A stretch of DNA of 64,000 bases, from NCBI GenBank assembly GCA_050251055.1, contig JBFWNL010000006.1:208528-272527 (forward strand), written 5' to 3'. A program made the translations under genes and the position numbers. Origin of the DNA: Bacteriovoracia bacterium. Lineage in GTDB: Bacteria > Bdellovibrionota > UBA1018 > JBFWNL01. Of this stretch, positions 27,278-37,824 are shown in pieces. Numbering within the stretch: the stretch's first letter is position 1; the number at the start of each line of letters is the position of its first letter. The notes beneath the pieces are model-generated. The model did not search any database and was not told where the DNA came from. It was given only the letters and a program-made list of their open reading frames with translations.

Positions 27278-27954
27278 TCCTCAAACTTTCCCAGGTCCTG
27301 ACGGCCGATCAAGTCGCCGAAGCGCGAAAACTCCTGACCCAAGCGACTTGGGTGGATGGAAAAGTTACGGCGGGATACCAGTCCGCGCAGACGAAGTTCA
27401 ACGCCCAGGTGCCCGAAGGGCATCCGGTGGCGCGTCAGATCGGCGAGTGGATCCTGGCGTCGCTCGAGCGACATCCGCTCTTCCTTTCGGCGGCGTTACC
27501 GTTACGGGTTTTTCCGCCGCTCTTCAACCGGTATGAGGGCGGCCAGAGTTTCGGCACCCACATTGACAACGCCATCCGACAAGCTCCCGGCATGCCCTAT
27601 CGACTGCGTACAGATCTATCGGCCACGCTCTTTCTCTCGGAGCCGTCCGAATACGACGGCGGCGAGCTATGCATCGAGGATACCTATGGCGTCCACAGCG
27701 TTAAACTTCCCGCCGGAGACATGATTCTCTATCCGGCGAGCAGCCTTCATCATGTGAAGGCCGTTACGCGCGGGGCGCGGGTGTCGTCGTTCTTCTGGGT
27801 CCAGAGCATGATTCGTGAAGATGGGCTGCGCGCGACGCTATTTGATTTGGATACCGCCATCCAGAATCTGAATCGCGATCATCCCGGGCATCCTTCCCTG
27901 GTCCAGCTCACCGGCGTTTACCATAACCTTTTGCGGCGGAGCGCCGAAGTATGA
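27274..27954 (+). CDS. ybiX: PKHD-type Fe(II)/2-oxoglutarate-dependent dioxygenase (YbiX/PiuC)
   Basis: [38 protein letters not shown]. Confidence 0.92.
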   Translation: MILKLSQVLTADQVAEARKLLTQATWVDGKVTAGYQSAQTKFNAQVPEGHPVARQIGEWILASLERHPLFLSAALPLRVFPPLFNRYEGGQSFGTHIDNAIRQAPGMPYRLRTDLSATLFLSEPSEYDGGELCIEDTYGVHSVKLPAGDMILYPASSLHHVKAVTRGARVSSFFWVQSMIREDGLRATLFDLDTAIQNLNRDHPGHPSLVQLTGVYHNLLRRSAEV

Positions 27955-28559
27955 TGACGGCGCTTTGGGGTTCGGCTCGCAACCCTTCCCTCTCCTTCGC
28001 ACTGCATGCGTTGATCATTGCCGCCGGGCTCGTCCGATTTTCTTGGGGGCCACAACTGGATTTGTCTCCAGGCGTCGCCGGAGTCGAAGTAGAGCTCGTG
28101 GCGGGCTTCACCGCGCCGGAGCCCGCTCCGCCTGCGAGCGTTTCCGATATCGCCGTGTCCCAGCCGAAGCGCAAACCCCGGCCCGCGGCCGCGGAATCGA
28201 CCGGCACGGACCGCATTGACGTCCGGGCGGGCAGCGGCGCGATCACGGAGGCGAAACCGAATTATCGCCGAAATCCGGCGCCCCCTTATCCCGAGCGCGC
28301 GCGCTTCCTGCGGCAGCAGGGTTTGGTGGTGTTGACCGTGAGTGTGGATCGGCAAGGCGCGGTGAAATCCCTCGCTTTGGCCAAGAGCTCAGGCTACCCG
28401 CTGTTGGACCGCGCGGCGTTGATGGCCGTGCGTGGCTGGGAGTTTCAACCCGCACAATTGGGTCACGTAAGCGTGGAGGCGACGGTGTCGGTACCCGTTC
28501 GCTTCGAGCTCGCCGGCGGCGTGGCGACGGAATCCGCCGTCTCGGCCGTCAGCTTGTAG
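27951..28559 (+). CDS. tonB: Energy transducer TonB
   Basis: SFALHA TM segment (SxxxH), Pro-rich linker, [27 protein letters not shown]. Confidence 0.88.
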   Translation: MMTALWGSARNPSLSFALHALIIAAGLVRFSWGPQLDLSPGVAGVEVELVAGFTAPEPAPPASVSDIAVSQPKRKPRPAAAESTGTDRIDVRAGSGAITEAKPNYRRNPAPPYPERARFLRQQGLVVLTVSVDRQGAVKSLALAKSSGYPLLDRAALMAVRGWEFQPAQLGHVSVEATVSVPVRFELAGGVATESAVSAVSL

Positions 28560-28578
28560 GGCGATCCAACTCTTTCGC

Positions 28579-29016
28579 TTATTTTAAGTCTTCGACGTAA
28601 ACGTCGACGTGGTAGTCCAGGATCTCGAGCGACGAATGGCCGCGGTAGCCTTTCCCGGTGAGTCCGGAGTAGTAGAGGGAAAAAACAAAGCCCTTAATCC
28701 CCATCTTCAAAAAGCGCAGGGGCGGGCCGAGGGGGCCGGGAATTTGTCCGCTTTTTTCCATCAGCCAGACGATCACGCGCACGAGCCAAGTCGGAAGCAT
28801 CGCCAGGATACCCAAGAAGCTCTGCAGATCGGCCCGATCGGAAGCCGGGATTTCCGCCAGTAGTAACGGCGCATGTTCCGCGCAGCCGCATTTTGAAAAC
28901 GAGGGCAGGGATTCGTCGCCCGGGATGATGATGTCTCCCAGCTTATTGAGGCCGGCAAGCTCGGAAGGCTTCAGGCGGGCCGCCGCGGTTCCCGTCTGCG
29001 GGTTCATTTCGCTCAT
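28579..29016 (-). CDS. Small partner of GMC oxidoreductase (gluconate-2-dehydrogenase subunit 3-like)
   Basis: ATG 29016 overlaps the GMC stop; DIIIPGDESLPS and FSLYYS motifs. Confidence 0.65.
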   Translation of the reverse strand: MSEMNPQTGTAAARLKPSELAGLNKLGDIIIPGDESLPSFSKCGCAEHAPLLLAEIPASDRADLQSFLGILAMLPTWLVRVIVWLMEKSGQIPGPLGPPLRFLKMGIKGFVFSLYYSGLTGKGYRGHSSLEILDYHVDVYVEDLK

Positions 29017-30407
29017 CGCGCGCCCTCCACGATCTTTCGGCTCGCCATCACTCCCAGGGCCATGATGGTGAACGAAGGGTTGATGCCGGGGGCGGAGGGA
29101 AACACGCTCGAGTCGGCGGCATAAATGCGATGCGTGCCATGCACGCGGAAGTCGCCATCGACGACCGCATGTGCGGCGTCGGCGCCCATCACGCATCCGC
29201 CCATCAGGTGTAGGCCGAAGCCCTGATCGGACTGCAGGATATTTTTCGCGCCGGCGGCCACGAAGAATTCGCGCAGCGTAGAGAGCCCGGCGTCCCGTTT
29301 TCGCACATCCGCTTCGGTCAAGAACTTGCGCAGCTTCAGCTTGCCCGATCGCTCGACCTGGATCGATCCCGTGGGCTCGTCGCGCACGCAGACCTCCATG
29401 GACGCGTAATGACGGTAGCGTTTCATTAAATTCTGGTGGGATTTTCCATAGCCGGGAAAGAGCATGGCGGTGGCGATCGGCGGCGCGAAGACGTTCTCGA
29501 ATTTGTAGCCCGCCCGCCGCAGTTTCACGTCGTCCGACTTCACGGATTGCAGCGCGCCCTTGTGCGCATCGATCACCTCGTCGAACTCGGCGTAGGTCAT
29601 GTACTGGGGGTGGCAGGAGAAATTCTCCCCCAAGGCGGGGAGCTTCGGCTTGAAGCCCGAGCGATGCAGGATGCGGGTGTTGCCGAAGGCGCCCGCGGCC
29701 AGCACGACGTGCGGAGCGCGCAGTGAAACCTTCTTGCCTCGCTGGGTGCCCGTGATGATCACGCCATCGGTCGTTTCCGCCACCGAGTCAGCTTCCCATT
29801 CGGACTCCACCTTCATGCCCAGCATCTCGGCGGCGCGGATCACCGTCACGAGCGAGCTCTGCTTGGAGTCGCGCGGGCAGCCGCCCAGGCAGACGATGCA
29901 GTCGGATCCGTGTTCGAGCGCGCAGTTCCCTTGCGCGCGCGTGAGCGGCTTCCACTGGTAGCCAGTACGCTCGAACGCCTGGGTGAAGATCTTCGCGTTG
30001 GCGTTATAGAAGGGCTCGGGGATGGCGCTCGTGCGCACGGTTTTGGCGATCTCGTCGTAAAACGGCGCAAAGTGGGCAGCCGAAAAAATGTCCAACCCTG
30101 AACGCGCTTTCCAGTCGTCGAAGGCCAGCTCGTCGAAGCGATCGAGCAGCGCCTGGTTGACGATCGAGGTTCCGCCGACGCACTTGGCGCGCAAAAAGCC
30201 TAGCCGACCATCAGCGCTCACCTCGATGCCGCCTCCCCAGAATAACTGCGACGAGTAAAGCATCTCATTGCGGGGGAAGGTTTTACGGTCGAAGGCGCGT
30301 CCCGCTTCGAGCAGTACGCAGCGCGCCCCGGCGCGGGTCAGCTCGTAGGCGATGCGCCCACCGGAAACGCCGGAGCCCACGATCGCGAAGTCGTAGGGCA
30401 TGGACAT
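29013..30407 (-). CDS. GMC family FAD oxidoreductase
   Basis: IVGSGVSG, VGGTSIVN, CIVCLGGC, HLMGGCVMG, DSSVFPSAPGINP. Confidence 0.92.
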   Translation of the reverse strand: MSMPYDFAIVGSGVSGGRIAYELTRAGARCVLLEAGRAFDRKTFPRNEMLYSSQLFWGGGIEVSADGRLGFLRAKCVGGTSIVNQALLDRFDELAFDDWKARSGLDIFSAAHFAPFYDEIAKTVRTSAIPEPFYNANAKIFTQAFERTGYQWKPLTRAQGNCALEHGSDCIVCLGGCPRDSKQSSLVTVIRAAEMLGMKVESEWEADSVAETTDGVIITGTQRGKKVSLRAPHVVLAAGAFGNTRILHRSGFKPKLPALGENFSCHPQYMTYAEFDEVIDAHKGALQSVKSDDVKLRRAGYKFENVFAPPIATAMLFPGYGKSHQNLMKRYRHYASMEVCVRDEPTGSIQVERSGKLKLRKFLTEADVRKRDAGLSTLREFFVAAGAKNILQSDQGFGLHLMGGCVMGADAAHAVVDGDFRVHGTHRIYAADSSVFPSAPGINPSFTIMALGVMASRKIVEGAR

Positions 30408-30995
30408 TTATTTTCCGCCTTCGAAGCTGCAGGAGTAATGGATGCCGAGACGTTTGATCGTGCGGTGAAACTCCGCTTCCGGGCGCGGCGTGGTGGCTTC
30501 CGAGAACGCGTCGTTCATCTCTTCGAGAAAGCCGTAGGTGATGTCCTTGCCGAAACCTTGGGCGAGCTTTTTTAGGCGGGCCGCCCCCCGCGCGCGCAGG
30601 ACGGGCTGAACCTGGTCGAGGAAAACCTTCGCGCTCTTTTCCTTTTTCGCCGCGGCGATGGCGTCGAAATAGGTGATGTAGGCATTCACATGGGATTTGA
30701 ACTGGTCCGTATAATTTTTCAGCTCGGGCGGCAGCGCGGTCGCTTTCTGCAAGCGATCGAGCAGCGTTTTGGCCTGCTGCTGAGATTGAATGGGCGGCAT
30801 TTCGGCCGGGCTGATCGCGTGAATCGCCTCCAAGCTCTTCTTATCGATGGCACTGGGTCCAGCCGAGCCCGTGGGCCCCTTGAGCGTGCACGGCTGACCA
30901 AAGAGCGTGACGGCTACGGAGGGGCCGTCGGCGGCGAAGGGGAGCGAAGGAAAAAGCAGAGCGATGATGAAGGCGACGAGGGCACGTGCGTACAT
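30408..30995 (-). CDS. Secreted hypothetical protein
   Basis: Signal peptide; helical; terminal Cys pair; abuts the GMC gene. Confidence 0.65.
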   Translation of the reverse strand: MYARALVAFIIALLFPSLPFAADGPSVAVTLFGQPCTLKGPTGSAGPSAIDKKSLEAIHAISPAEMPPIQSQQQAKTLLDRLQKATALPPELKNYTDQFKSHVNAYITYFDAIAAAKKEKSAKVFLDQVQPVLRARGAARLKKLAQGFGKDITYGFLEEMNDAFSEATTPRPEAEFHRTIKRLGIHYSCSFEGGK

Positions 30996-31195
30996 GGGTA
31001 AGCCTTAGTTTAAGCTCAGAAATCCGTGTCGTCTATGACCTACATCGGCCTTCCACAGGCCGTCCGGGGCCTCGATTTGCATCTTTGGGGGTTCCGCTTC
31101 AAAATATAAGGAGGGGGTATCCCCAAAAAGTGGTTAACCAAACTAAAATTGTCGGGAAATGGTGCCGATGAGGAAAGAGGAGGACCACCGCAGCC

Positions 31196-31801
31196 GTGAG
31201 CGAGCAATTAAAACTCATTAGCCAACCCCAGGCCTTTTTCCACGAGCTGGTGACGACCGCCCTGGGAAATCAAAAGGTGAGCATTCATCCCGAGACCGAG
31301 TTTTATCTCGTGAACCTCCTCAACCAGTTCATGAGCACGGATAACCTCTACACGCGCGATGCCAATGGCAACGTAAAGGACGAGCCGCTGGTTTTTCTGT
31401 TTAAAGAGGCATGCGAGACCCCCGCGAGGACGGCGCAGCGTCTGATGTTCCGGCACGTGGGCGATATTTCTCTTTATGTAGCGGGATTCTTTCAAGAAAG
31501 TCTGCATCGAAAGCTCGTCGACATCGGCTACTACATCGACATTGGCGGCACCGCCTATCAAAAGGTGGCCGATCAGGCCGACGATCGGGCGAATCGCACG
31601 ATGTACGCTCAGCTCTCCGAACAGTTCGGTAAGTGCGTGGACGTGCTCGCGGAAGTCAGTGAAAAGACGACGCTCAAGTCCGAAACCAACCTGCTGAGGT
31701 TGTACGACAATTGGGTGCGCACCGGTAGCGAGCGCACGGCCCGTATCCTCGAGGGCGCCGGGATCATCCCGACCCCGAACGTTAAGGGCAATAAGCAGTA
31801 A
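31196..31801 (+). CDS. Conserved hypothetical protein
   Basis: SD GAGGAGG; EFYLVNLL...GDISLYVAGFF...YYIDIGGTAY resembles a conserved uncharacterised family. Confidence 0.75.
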   Translation: MSEQLKLISQPQAFFHELVTTALGNQKVSIHPETEFYLVNLLNQFMSTDNLYTRDANGNVKDEPLVFLFKEACETPARTAQRLMFRHVGDISLYVAGFFQESLHRKLVDIGYYIDIGGTAYQKVADQADDRANRTMYAQLSEQFGKCVDVLAEVSEKTTLKSETNLLRLYDNWVRTGSERTARILEGAGIIPTPNVKGNKQ

Positions 31802-31896
31802 CCCGTTTCCCGAACATCCCCGCCCATCGCCGGCTGATTTGACGTAACCCCCGAAGTGTCGCATAGTGGCGCCGAATTTTCCTGAGGGGGGAATAC

Positions 31897-33372
31897 ATGA
31901 GACCAACCGGCCTGGTAGTGGGAGCTTTGATTGTCGGCGCGCTTTTAATCAGCAGCGCCTGGGCCGATCCCAAGCACTATCTGTATCAGCGAACCTTGCG
32001 GGCGGACGAAAACCGCTCCTTCTCGTTTCTGGGGCTCTTAGATGACGGCGCTGAAGTCGAGAGCGGGCAGTTCGAACAGAAACTGAACCATCTCGACTTA
32101 GACGATTCCGAAGCCGAGCGAGATAAGCGTCCGCGTACCTTCGCGCAGCGCTACTACATCAATTCCCAGTACGCGACGGACGCGGCGAACGCGCCGGTCA
32201 TTTACATCATCTGCGGGGAAGGCTCTTGCGGCGAAGGCGAAGTCAAGGGCGTGACGATGAGCCGATACGCGAAGGCATTGGGCGCGCACCTCGTAGCGCT
32301 CGAGCATCGGTATTACGGCAAGAGCCAGCCGTTTAAACTACTCACCGGCGAGAATCTGCGGTTTCTCACCACGCAGAATGCGCTCGCCGATTTGAACGCA
32401 TTTCAAAAAAATCTGCAGAAAACGCGTGGCTGGCAGGGCCCGTGGATCGCCGTCGGCGGATCTTACGCCGCGTCGCTCGCGGCTTACTATCGCCAAAAGT
32501 ATCCGCAAAACGTCGTGGGCGCGCTCGCCTCTTCCGGGCCGGTGCAAGCCAAGGCCGCGTTCGAAGAGTACGATCTGACCGTGTTCACGGTCGCGGGGTC
32601 GGATTGCGTCGCGAACATGCGCAAGGTGGTAGCCGCCGCCGAAAAGGCGATGGCGGACGCCGAAACGGCGCAAGCGTTCAAGACGCGTTTTCAAGCGCAA
32701 GAGGTGCGCGAAGCCATCGACTTCTTGTACGTGATTGCCGATCAGGCTTCGATTGCCGTCCAGTATGGCAAGCGCGACGAGTTTTGTGCCGCCCTCGAAG
32801 AGGCGGGCGATGATCTGCAGGCGTTGATCGACGCGTACGCCAAGAAGGGCAAGGAGATGTTCGACTGGTTCGGGATCACGGCGGTGCAGGATTCTTATCA
32901 AGGTTCGGAATCGCTCGACGCCGCCGACTACGAAGAAGGCGTCGGCATGCGCCAGTGGGTTTATCAAACCTGCAGCGAGTACGGGTATTTCCAGGTCGCT
33001 TACCGTGACCCGGCGAAGTCGGCGCGCTCGTCGCGCATCACGTTGCCCTATCACTTCGAAGTGTGCGAGCGCCTCTTCGGGTTAAAGAAGCCGTTGGATG
33101 AAAAACTCACGAACGAGAAATATTATCTTCCACTCCTAAATGAAAAGGACGCCGCGACGAAGAACATCTTGCTCACCAACGGCGCGAACGACCCGTGGGC
33201 GATGCTCTCGATCACGAAGGAGCTGGGAAACGACACCAATCCGAACCTGCTTTCGTTGATGATTCCGGGCGCATCCCACTGCGAGGACCTCACGAGCCGC
33301 ATGGGCACGGAACTCGAGAAGGTGCGTGATCTCACCTTGGCTTTGTTTCAAAAGTGGGTAGCTCGCGAATAG
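31897..33372 (+). CDS. Secreted S28 family serine peptidase
   Basis: FEQKLNH, FAQRYY, LEHRYYGKS, QNALAD, GGSYAA (nucleophile), WVYQTCSEYGYF, NGANDPW, ASHCEDL. Confidence 0.9.
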   Translation: MRPTGLVVGALIVGALLISSAWADPKHYLYQRTLRADENRSFSFLGLLDDGAEVESGQFEQKLNHLDLDDSEAERDKRPRTFAQRYYINSQYATDAANAPVIYIICGEGSCGEGEVKGVTMSRYAKALGAHLVALEHRYYGKSQPFKLLTGENLRFLTTQNALADLNAFQKNLQKTRGWQGPWIAVGGSYAASLAAYYRQKYPQNVVGALASSGPVQAKAAFEEYDLTVFTVAGSDCVANMRKVVAAAEKAMADAETAQAFKTRFQAQEVREAIDFLYVIADQASIAVQYGKRDEFCAALEEAGDDLQALIDAYAKKGKEMFDWFGITAVQDSYQGSESLDAADYEEGVGMRQWVYQTCSEYGYFQVAYRDPAKSARSSRITLPYHFEVCERLFGLKKPLDEKLTNEKYYLPLLNEKDAATKNILLTNGANDPWAMLSITKELGNDTNPNLLSLMIPGASHCEDLTSRMGTELEKVRDLTLALFQKWVARE

Positions 33373-33546
33373 GCGCGCGGTACCTGGATTCCGCTCGGGT
33401 TTCATTGCTTTAACCGACGCGATTGGCTTGATCTTCAAGCTGTTCCCAGCGGACAGAACTATTTGTTGACCAATAAAGTATGGTTCTATATATAGGGGTT
33501 TCGGAGCTTCTAGGGCGCATATCGACGAGTGCATGTGGAGATAAAC

Positions 33547-34137
33547 ATGCGACTCATATTTCTGATTCTGACGTTATTGTCCGCTCCCGGTGTTTTTGCC
33601 GGTCCCGCGGAAAGCTGGGTGGTGGAAGCCAAACGCGTTTCGGCGTTCATTCAGGACGTACACGGTACCCTTAAAAATCAATCCGGGGAGGGTAGTTCCT
33701 ACCTCATTGGACGACGCGTGAAGGTGAAGGTCGATGGCCACGTGGTCGTGAGCCAGTACTTTTTGAAGGATTGCTGTTCGGAGCAGGCGGAGTTCCACCT
33801 GCAGCGAATTCGCGACGTGATCGAGCAAAGTAAAAACGGCTGGGTCAAACTCGATTACCGTGAGGGATTGACTTCACCTCTGTTTATTCAAAACTCAAAC
33901 ATTGCGGAACGCGATGGGTTGGGTATCGCCCAGGCCCGGGCGGAGACGGAAAGAATGGAGCGGCAAATTGCGGACCTAAGCCTTCGCTTGACCGCGGCAG
34001 AGGAGAACCGCCGGGAAGTCGCGGTCGCCACCGAATCAATCGACTTACTCCGGTCGCGACTGGAGGCTTGCCAGCGCAAAGTGGATAAACTCGAAACCGA
34101 GGCGAAGCAGACGAAGCCGCCGGCCTTTCGGCCGTAA
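33547..34137 (+). CDS. Secreted hypothetical protein with C-terminal coiled coil
   Basis: SD GGAG; signal peptide MRLIFLILTLLSAPGVFA; heptad-rich C-terminus. Confidence 0.65.
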   Translation: MRLIFLILTLLSAPGVFAGPAESWVVEAKRVSAFIQDVHGTLKNQSGEGSSYLIGRRVKVKVDGHVVVSQYFLKDCCSEQAEFHLQRIRDVIEQSKNGWVKLDYREGLTSPLFIQNSNIAERDGLGIAQARAETERMERQIADLSLRLTAAEENRREVAVATESIDLLRSRLEACQRKVDKLETEAKQTKPPAFRP

Positions 34138-34148
34138 GCCTCGCGTGG

Positions 34149-34838
34149 TTACTGAATGACGACGCTTTCCATCTTGTCGCCGACTTGAATGGACTTCACG
34201 ATGTCCATGCCGGTGATGACTTGGCCGAATACGGTGTATTGGCCGTCGAGATGGGGCTGGCGATCGAGCGCGATGTAGAACTGCGAGTCAGCGGAATCGG
34301 GATCCGCGGCGCGTGCCATGGCGACGGTGCCTTCGCGGTGTTTGCGCTGGTTGAATTCCGCCTTGAGCTTCTTGCCACTGCCGCCCGTGCCGTTTCCGTC
34401 GGGATCGCCGCCTTGGATCACGAAGCCGGGAACCACGCGGTGAAACTTCAGGCCGTTGTAAAAGCCCTGGTTGATGAGTTCCACGATGCGCGCGACCGTG
34501 TTCGGCGCGTCTTTTGTGTAGAATTTGAAAGTGACTTGCCCCTTGGTGGTGGTGATTACCGCGGTAGCTTTGGAGAGTCCGTCTTCGCCGACGTTCATAT
34601 CTGGATTCATGTTGGTGGCTGGCCTTTCGTGGTTGCTGTCCGCCGTGCCCGTCGTGGCTCCCGCGTCGGTGCCCGCAGGGGGAGCGTCGGTGGGCGGAGT
34701 CGTCGTGCCGGAGGCGGAGTCCTGGGCCCCACTCTCGGCTGTACTTTGCTGGCGAGAAGATTGATAATAAAAATACGCGGCAATGCCGAAAACGATCAAT
34801 GCGGCGAGTGCGACCAAAACCGAGGATTTTGATTTCAT
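34149..34838 (-). CDS. Membrane-anchored cyclophilin-type peptidyl-prolyl isomerase
   Basis: [45 protein letters not shown]; N-terminal TM helix. Confidence 0.93.
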   Translation of the reverse strand: MKSKSSVLVALAALIVFGIAAYFYYQSSRQQSTAESGAQDSASGTTTPPTDAPPAGTDAGATTGTADSNHERPATNMNPDMNVGEDGLSKATAVITTTKGQVTFKFYTKDAPNTVARIVELINQGFYNGLKFHRVVPGFVIQGGDPDGNGTGGSGKKLKAEFNQRKHREGTVAMARAADPDSADSQFYIALDRQPHLDGQYTVFGQVITGMDIVKSIQVGDKMESVVIQ

Positions 34839-34864
34839 AAGCCGAATATTACTCCCAAGGTGCC

Positions 34865-35668
34865 ATGTCACAAGAGGATTCTTCAAAAAAAATGGGGTTT
34901 TTCGATCATATCGACGAGCTCCGCGCCCGCCTCTTCCGCGCCGTCGTCGTTTTCTTCATTGGGTTCATTCTCTGCTACGCCTACGTCGATCAGTGGGTGC
35001 TCGCGTTCCTGCGCAAGCCGCTTTTCGACGTCATGCCCCCCGAGCAGCAGAAGCTTTACTTCACGAGCCTGTTTGAAAACTTCATGACCCATTTGAAGAT
35101 CGCCGGCTATTCGTCGATCTTCTTCGTGTCACCTTACTTCTTTTACGAGATCTGGGCGTTCGTGGCACCGGGGCTCTATCCGCGGGAGCGGAAGTGGCTC
35201 GTTCCGTTCATCCTGGCCGCGACGTGCTTCTTCGTGGGGGGCGCGCTTTTCGCCTACTACGTGATGTTTCCCGTCGCCTTTAAATTCTTCGTGACTTACG
35301 GCGAAGCTACCGACGTGGCGATGCTCACCATCGCCAATTACTACGATACCTGCCTAAAACTGCTGCTCTTGTTCGGTTTGGCCTTCGAGCTGCCCGTGCT
35401 CATCGTGCTCTTGGGTTTTTTGGGGGTGGTGGATGCCGACATGCTGCGCGCGCAGCGCAAGGTCGCGGTGATCGCCATTACCGTCGGTTGCGCCATGTTT
35501 GCCCCCCCGGATGCGATTTCCATGCTGATTCTTATGACCCCGCTGATCCTCATGTACGAAGGGTCGATCTGGGTGGTGCAGATGATCGGTAAGCGCAAAC
35601 CTCCGCCGGAAGCGACGACGACGGAGGAGGGCCCCCCCGTAAACCCCCTCTCTGGCCAATCCCGTTAG
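34865..35668 (+). CDS. tatC: Twin-arginine translocase subunit TatC
   Basis: [36 protein letters not shown]. Confidence 0.96.
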   Translation: MSQEDSSKKMGFFDHIDELRARLFRAVVVFFIGFILCYAYVDQWVLAFLRKPLFDVMPPEQQKLYFTSLFENFMTHLKIAGYSSIFFVSPYFFYEIWAFVAPGLYPRERKWLVPFILAATCFFVGGALFAYYVMFPVAFKFFVTYGEATDVAMLTIANYYDTCLKLLLLFGLAFELPVLIVLLGFLGVVDADMLRAQRKVAVIAITVGCAMFAPPDAISMLILMTPLILMYEGSIWVVQMIGKRKPPPEATTTEEGPPVNPLSGQSR

Positions 35669-35819
35669 ATCTTAAGTATCTGAATTTATAAGTTTTTTAT
35701 CGAATTATACAATTCGAGGGGCAATAGCAAAAATGGTTCTATGGGCTGCCGATGGGTTGGACGAGATTTGAGGTTGCCCAGTCTTCGGCTACCTGCTAAA
35801 CCCCCAAATTCATTCATTA

Positions 35820-35892
35820 ACCTTGCTCGAAGCGAAGCTTCGGGCTACCTGCGGACGGAAGAGCTTCCGGCTGCGGTAACCGTAAGGAGACC
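35820..35892 (+). ncRNA. S6:S18 ribosomal protein leader (cis-regulatory RNA)
   Basis: CCTTGC...GGCTG...CCGTAAGGAG directly upstream of rpsF: a CCG motif next to an SD-sequestering stem, as in the known rpsF leader. Confidence 0.8.
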
Positions 35893-35897
35893 ATCAG

Positions 35898-36356
35898 ATG
35901 GCTAAAGCCACGGGCTTGTTGCCCGGTTACGAAACCGTATTCATCACCAAGAACGAAATCACCGATGACCAGCTCAAGCAGCTCACCGAGAAGCTTGCCG
36001 GCATCGTGAAGGCCTATGACGGCGAAGTCGTCATGACCGAAGATTGGGGCAAGCGCAAGCTCGCCTACAACATCAACAAGGAATCGCGCGGCCAGTACAC
36101 GTACATGGCGTACACCGGCAAGCCTTCGCTCGTGCACGAGCTCGAGCGTAACCTGCGCATGCACGAAAGCGTGATCCGCTTTCTCAGCGTGAATCTCGAG
36201 AAGGAATTCGACAAAGAGAAGTTCGTCGCTTCCTTCGTGCCGTTCGCCCAACGCGGCAAGCGCGCGTCCGACGACCAGCCGGGCGGCGGCCGTGGCGATC
36301 GTTTCGGTGATCGTGGCGACCGCTATGACCGCGGCGACCGTTACGACCGGTATTAA
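35898..36356 (+). CDS. rpsF: 30S ribosomal protein S6
   Basis: YETVFI, EDWGKRKLAYNINK, ELERNLR..ESVIRF. Confidence 0.97.
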   Translation: MAKATGLLPGYETVFITKNEITDDQLKQLTEKLAGIVKAYDGEVVMTEDWGKRKLAYNINKESRGQYTYMAYTGKPSLVHELERNLRMHESVIRFLSVNLEKEFDKEKFVASFVPFAQRGKRASDDQPGGGRGDRFGDRGDRYDRGDRYDRY

Positions 36357-36382
36357 TTTAAAAATTTAACGAGGATATTCAA

Positions 36383-36709
36383 ATGGAAGAAAAGACGATT
36401 AAACCGAAGGAAAAGATGCACGACATGGGCATGGGCGGCGATGACGCCGAAGGCGGCAGCGAGCGTGGCGAGCGCCGGATTATCGGCGGCAGCCATCACC
36501 GCAAGAAGGCCTGCCGCTTCTGCACGGACGCCGAGTACGTGATGGACTACAAGAACATCCGCACCATGCAGGCGTTCGTCTCCGAGCACGGCCGCATCGT
36601 TCCCCGTCGCATTTCCGGGAACTGCGCCCATCACCAGCGCAAGCTCACGACCGCCCTTAAGCGCGGCCGCAACTTGGCGCTCATCGGCTACGTTTCCATG
36701 GGATATTAA
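36383..36709 (+). CDS. rpsR: 30S ribosomal protein S18
   Basis: RKKACRFC, DYKN, GRIVPRRISGNCAHHQR. Confidence 0.97.
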   Translation: MEEKTIKPKEKMHDMGMGGDDAEGGSERGERRIIGGSHHRKKACRFCTDAEYVMDYKNIRTMQAFVSEHGRIVPRRISGNCAHHQRKLTTALKRGRNLALIGYVSMGY

Positions 36710-36741
36710 GAAGGGCTACGGAGCCCTTCGGGTCGCGCGGC

Positions 36742-37773
36742 TTGGAAGAACCAAAGGCGAGCGGGAGTCCCGCGGGATCGGACGGGCCTAAGCCCGACTA
36801 CGATCCGGAGGCACTCGCTCGTGAACTTAGCGAGAAACTCGAGCTGAAGCTCAAGCCGCCGAAGCCTCCGCTTTGGCTGCAGGCTTTGCCGTATTTCATG
36901 GCGGGGCTTTTTTTCATCAGTGGGCTTTTCTCATTGGTGGCGCCGCTTCCCCTCCTTTTGATGGGTTTGCGCAAACGCGACGGGCGCTTCTGGTTGGCGG
37001 TCTTAACCAACACCGCGATCGTGGCGCGGGCATCGGGCTTGGCCGTCGGGGCGGCCTTCCTGATCTTGGTGCTGCCGGTGGCGGTTTTGATGCCGACGCT
37101 GATTTTCAAGCGGCGGATGAAACTCGAAGTCGGCGTCTTTTGGACTCTGCTCGGCGTGGGCGCGCTTTTAGGCGCTTCGCTGTACGCGCTCTTCCAATGG
37201 GGCGGCGTGAATCCCGTGAAAGAGCTCGAGGGTTACGTGACCGAGCTCGTGAATCAGCTTCAAGGAATTTACCAAGAGCGCCCCGACGTGCCGGACTCGG
37301 CGTCCATGCCGATGAACGCGGCGGAGGCCCAGGAGCTGGTTCATTCCATCCTGGTGGAGTTCCCCTCGGCCTTGGCGGTGTTTTCCCTGGTCACGATCTG
37401 GATCAATCTGGTGATGGTGTTGCGGTTGAACCCGGGCCTGCTGCGGGAGCGGCTGGGGATCGTGCCCAACTTCTTCTCGTTGTGGAAGGCGCCCGAATTC
37501 CTAGTTTGGCCCACGATCGCGGCTGGGGCTTCCTTGCTATTCCTGACCGGATTATCCCGGGATATCGCCCTGAATTTTTTCCGGTTTTTCATGGCTGTTT
37601 ATGCCATCCAGGGGCTCAGTATTTTGAGCTTCCTTTTCGATAGCTGGAAGCTCAAGGGCGGTCTCCGGCTGGTGGCCTATTTAGTCATGGTTTTCATAGG
37701 GATGCCCTTTCTTTTGGCGGTCGGGTTCTTTGACCTCTGGTTTGACTTTCGGGCCAAGTTAAGGCAATCCTAG
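36742..37773 (+). CDS. DUF2232 (YybS family) membrane protein
   Basis: Multi-TM; YAIQGLSI and GFFDLWFDFR; canonical position between rpsR and rplI. Confidence 0.88.
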   Translation: MEEPKASGSPAGSDGPKPDYDPEALARELSEKLELKLKPPKPPLWLQALPYFMAGLFFISGLFSLVAPLPLLLMGLRKRDGRFWLAVLTNTAIVARASGLAVGAAFLILVLPVAVLMPTLIFKRRMKLEVGVFWTLLGVGALLGASLYALFQWGGVNPVKELEGYVTELVNQLQGIYQERPDVPDSASMPMNAAEAQELVHSILVEFPSALAVFSLVTIWINLVMVLRLNPGLLRERLGIVPNFFSLWKAPEFLVWPTIAAGASLLFLTGLSRDIALNFFRFFMAVYAIQGLSILSFLFDSWKLKGGLRLVAYLVMVFIGMPFLLAVGFFDLWFDFRAKLRQS

Positions 37774-37824
37774 GGGTCTTTAAATCTTTGGCAAATCTTT
37801 GGAAAACATTCGGTAAGAGGTCCT

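Noticed and set aside
29017-29196. Upstream extension of the 28579..29196 ORF
   Set aside because: Overlaps the GMC gene in another frame; the ATGA-coupled start at 29016 is more plausible.
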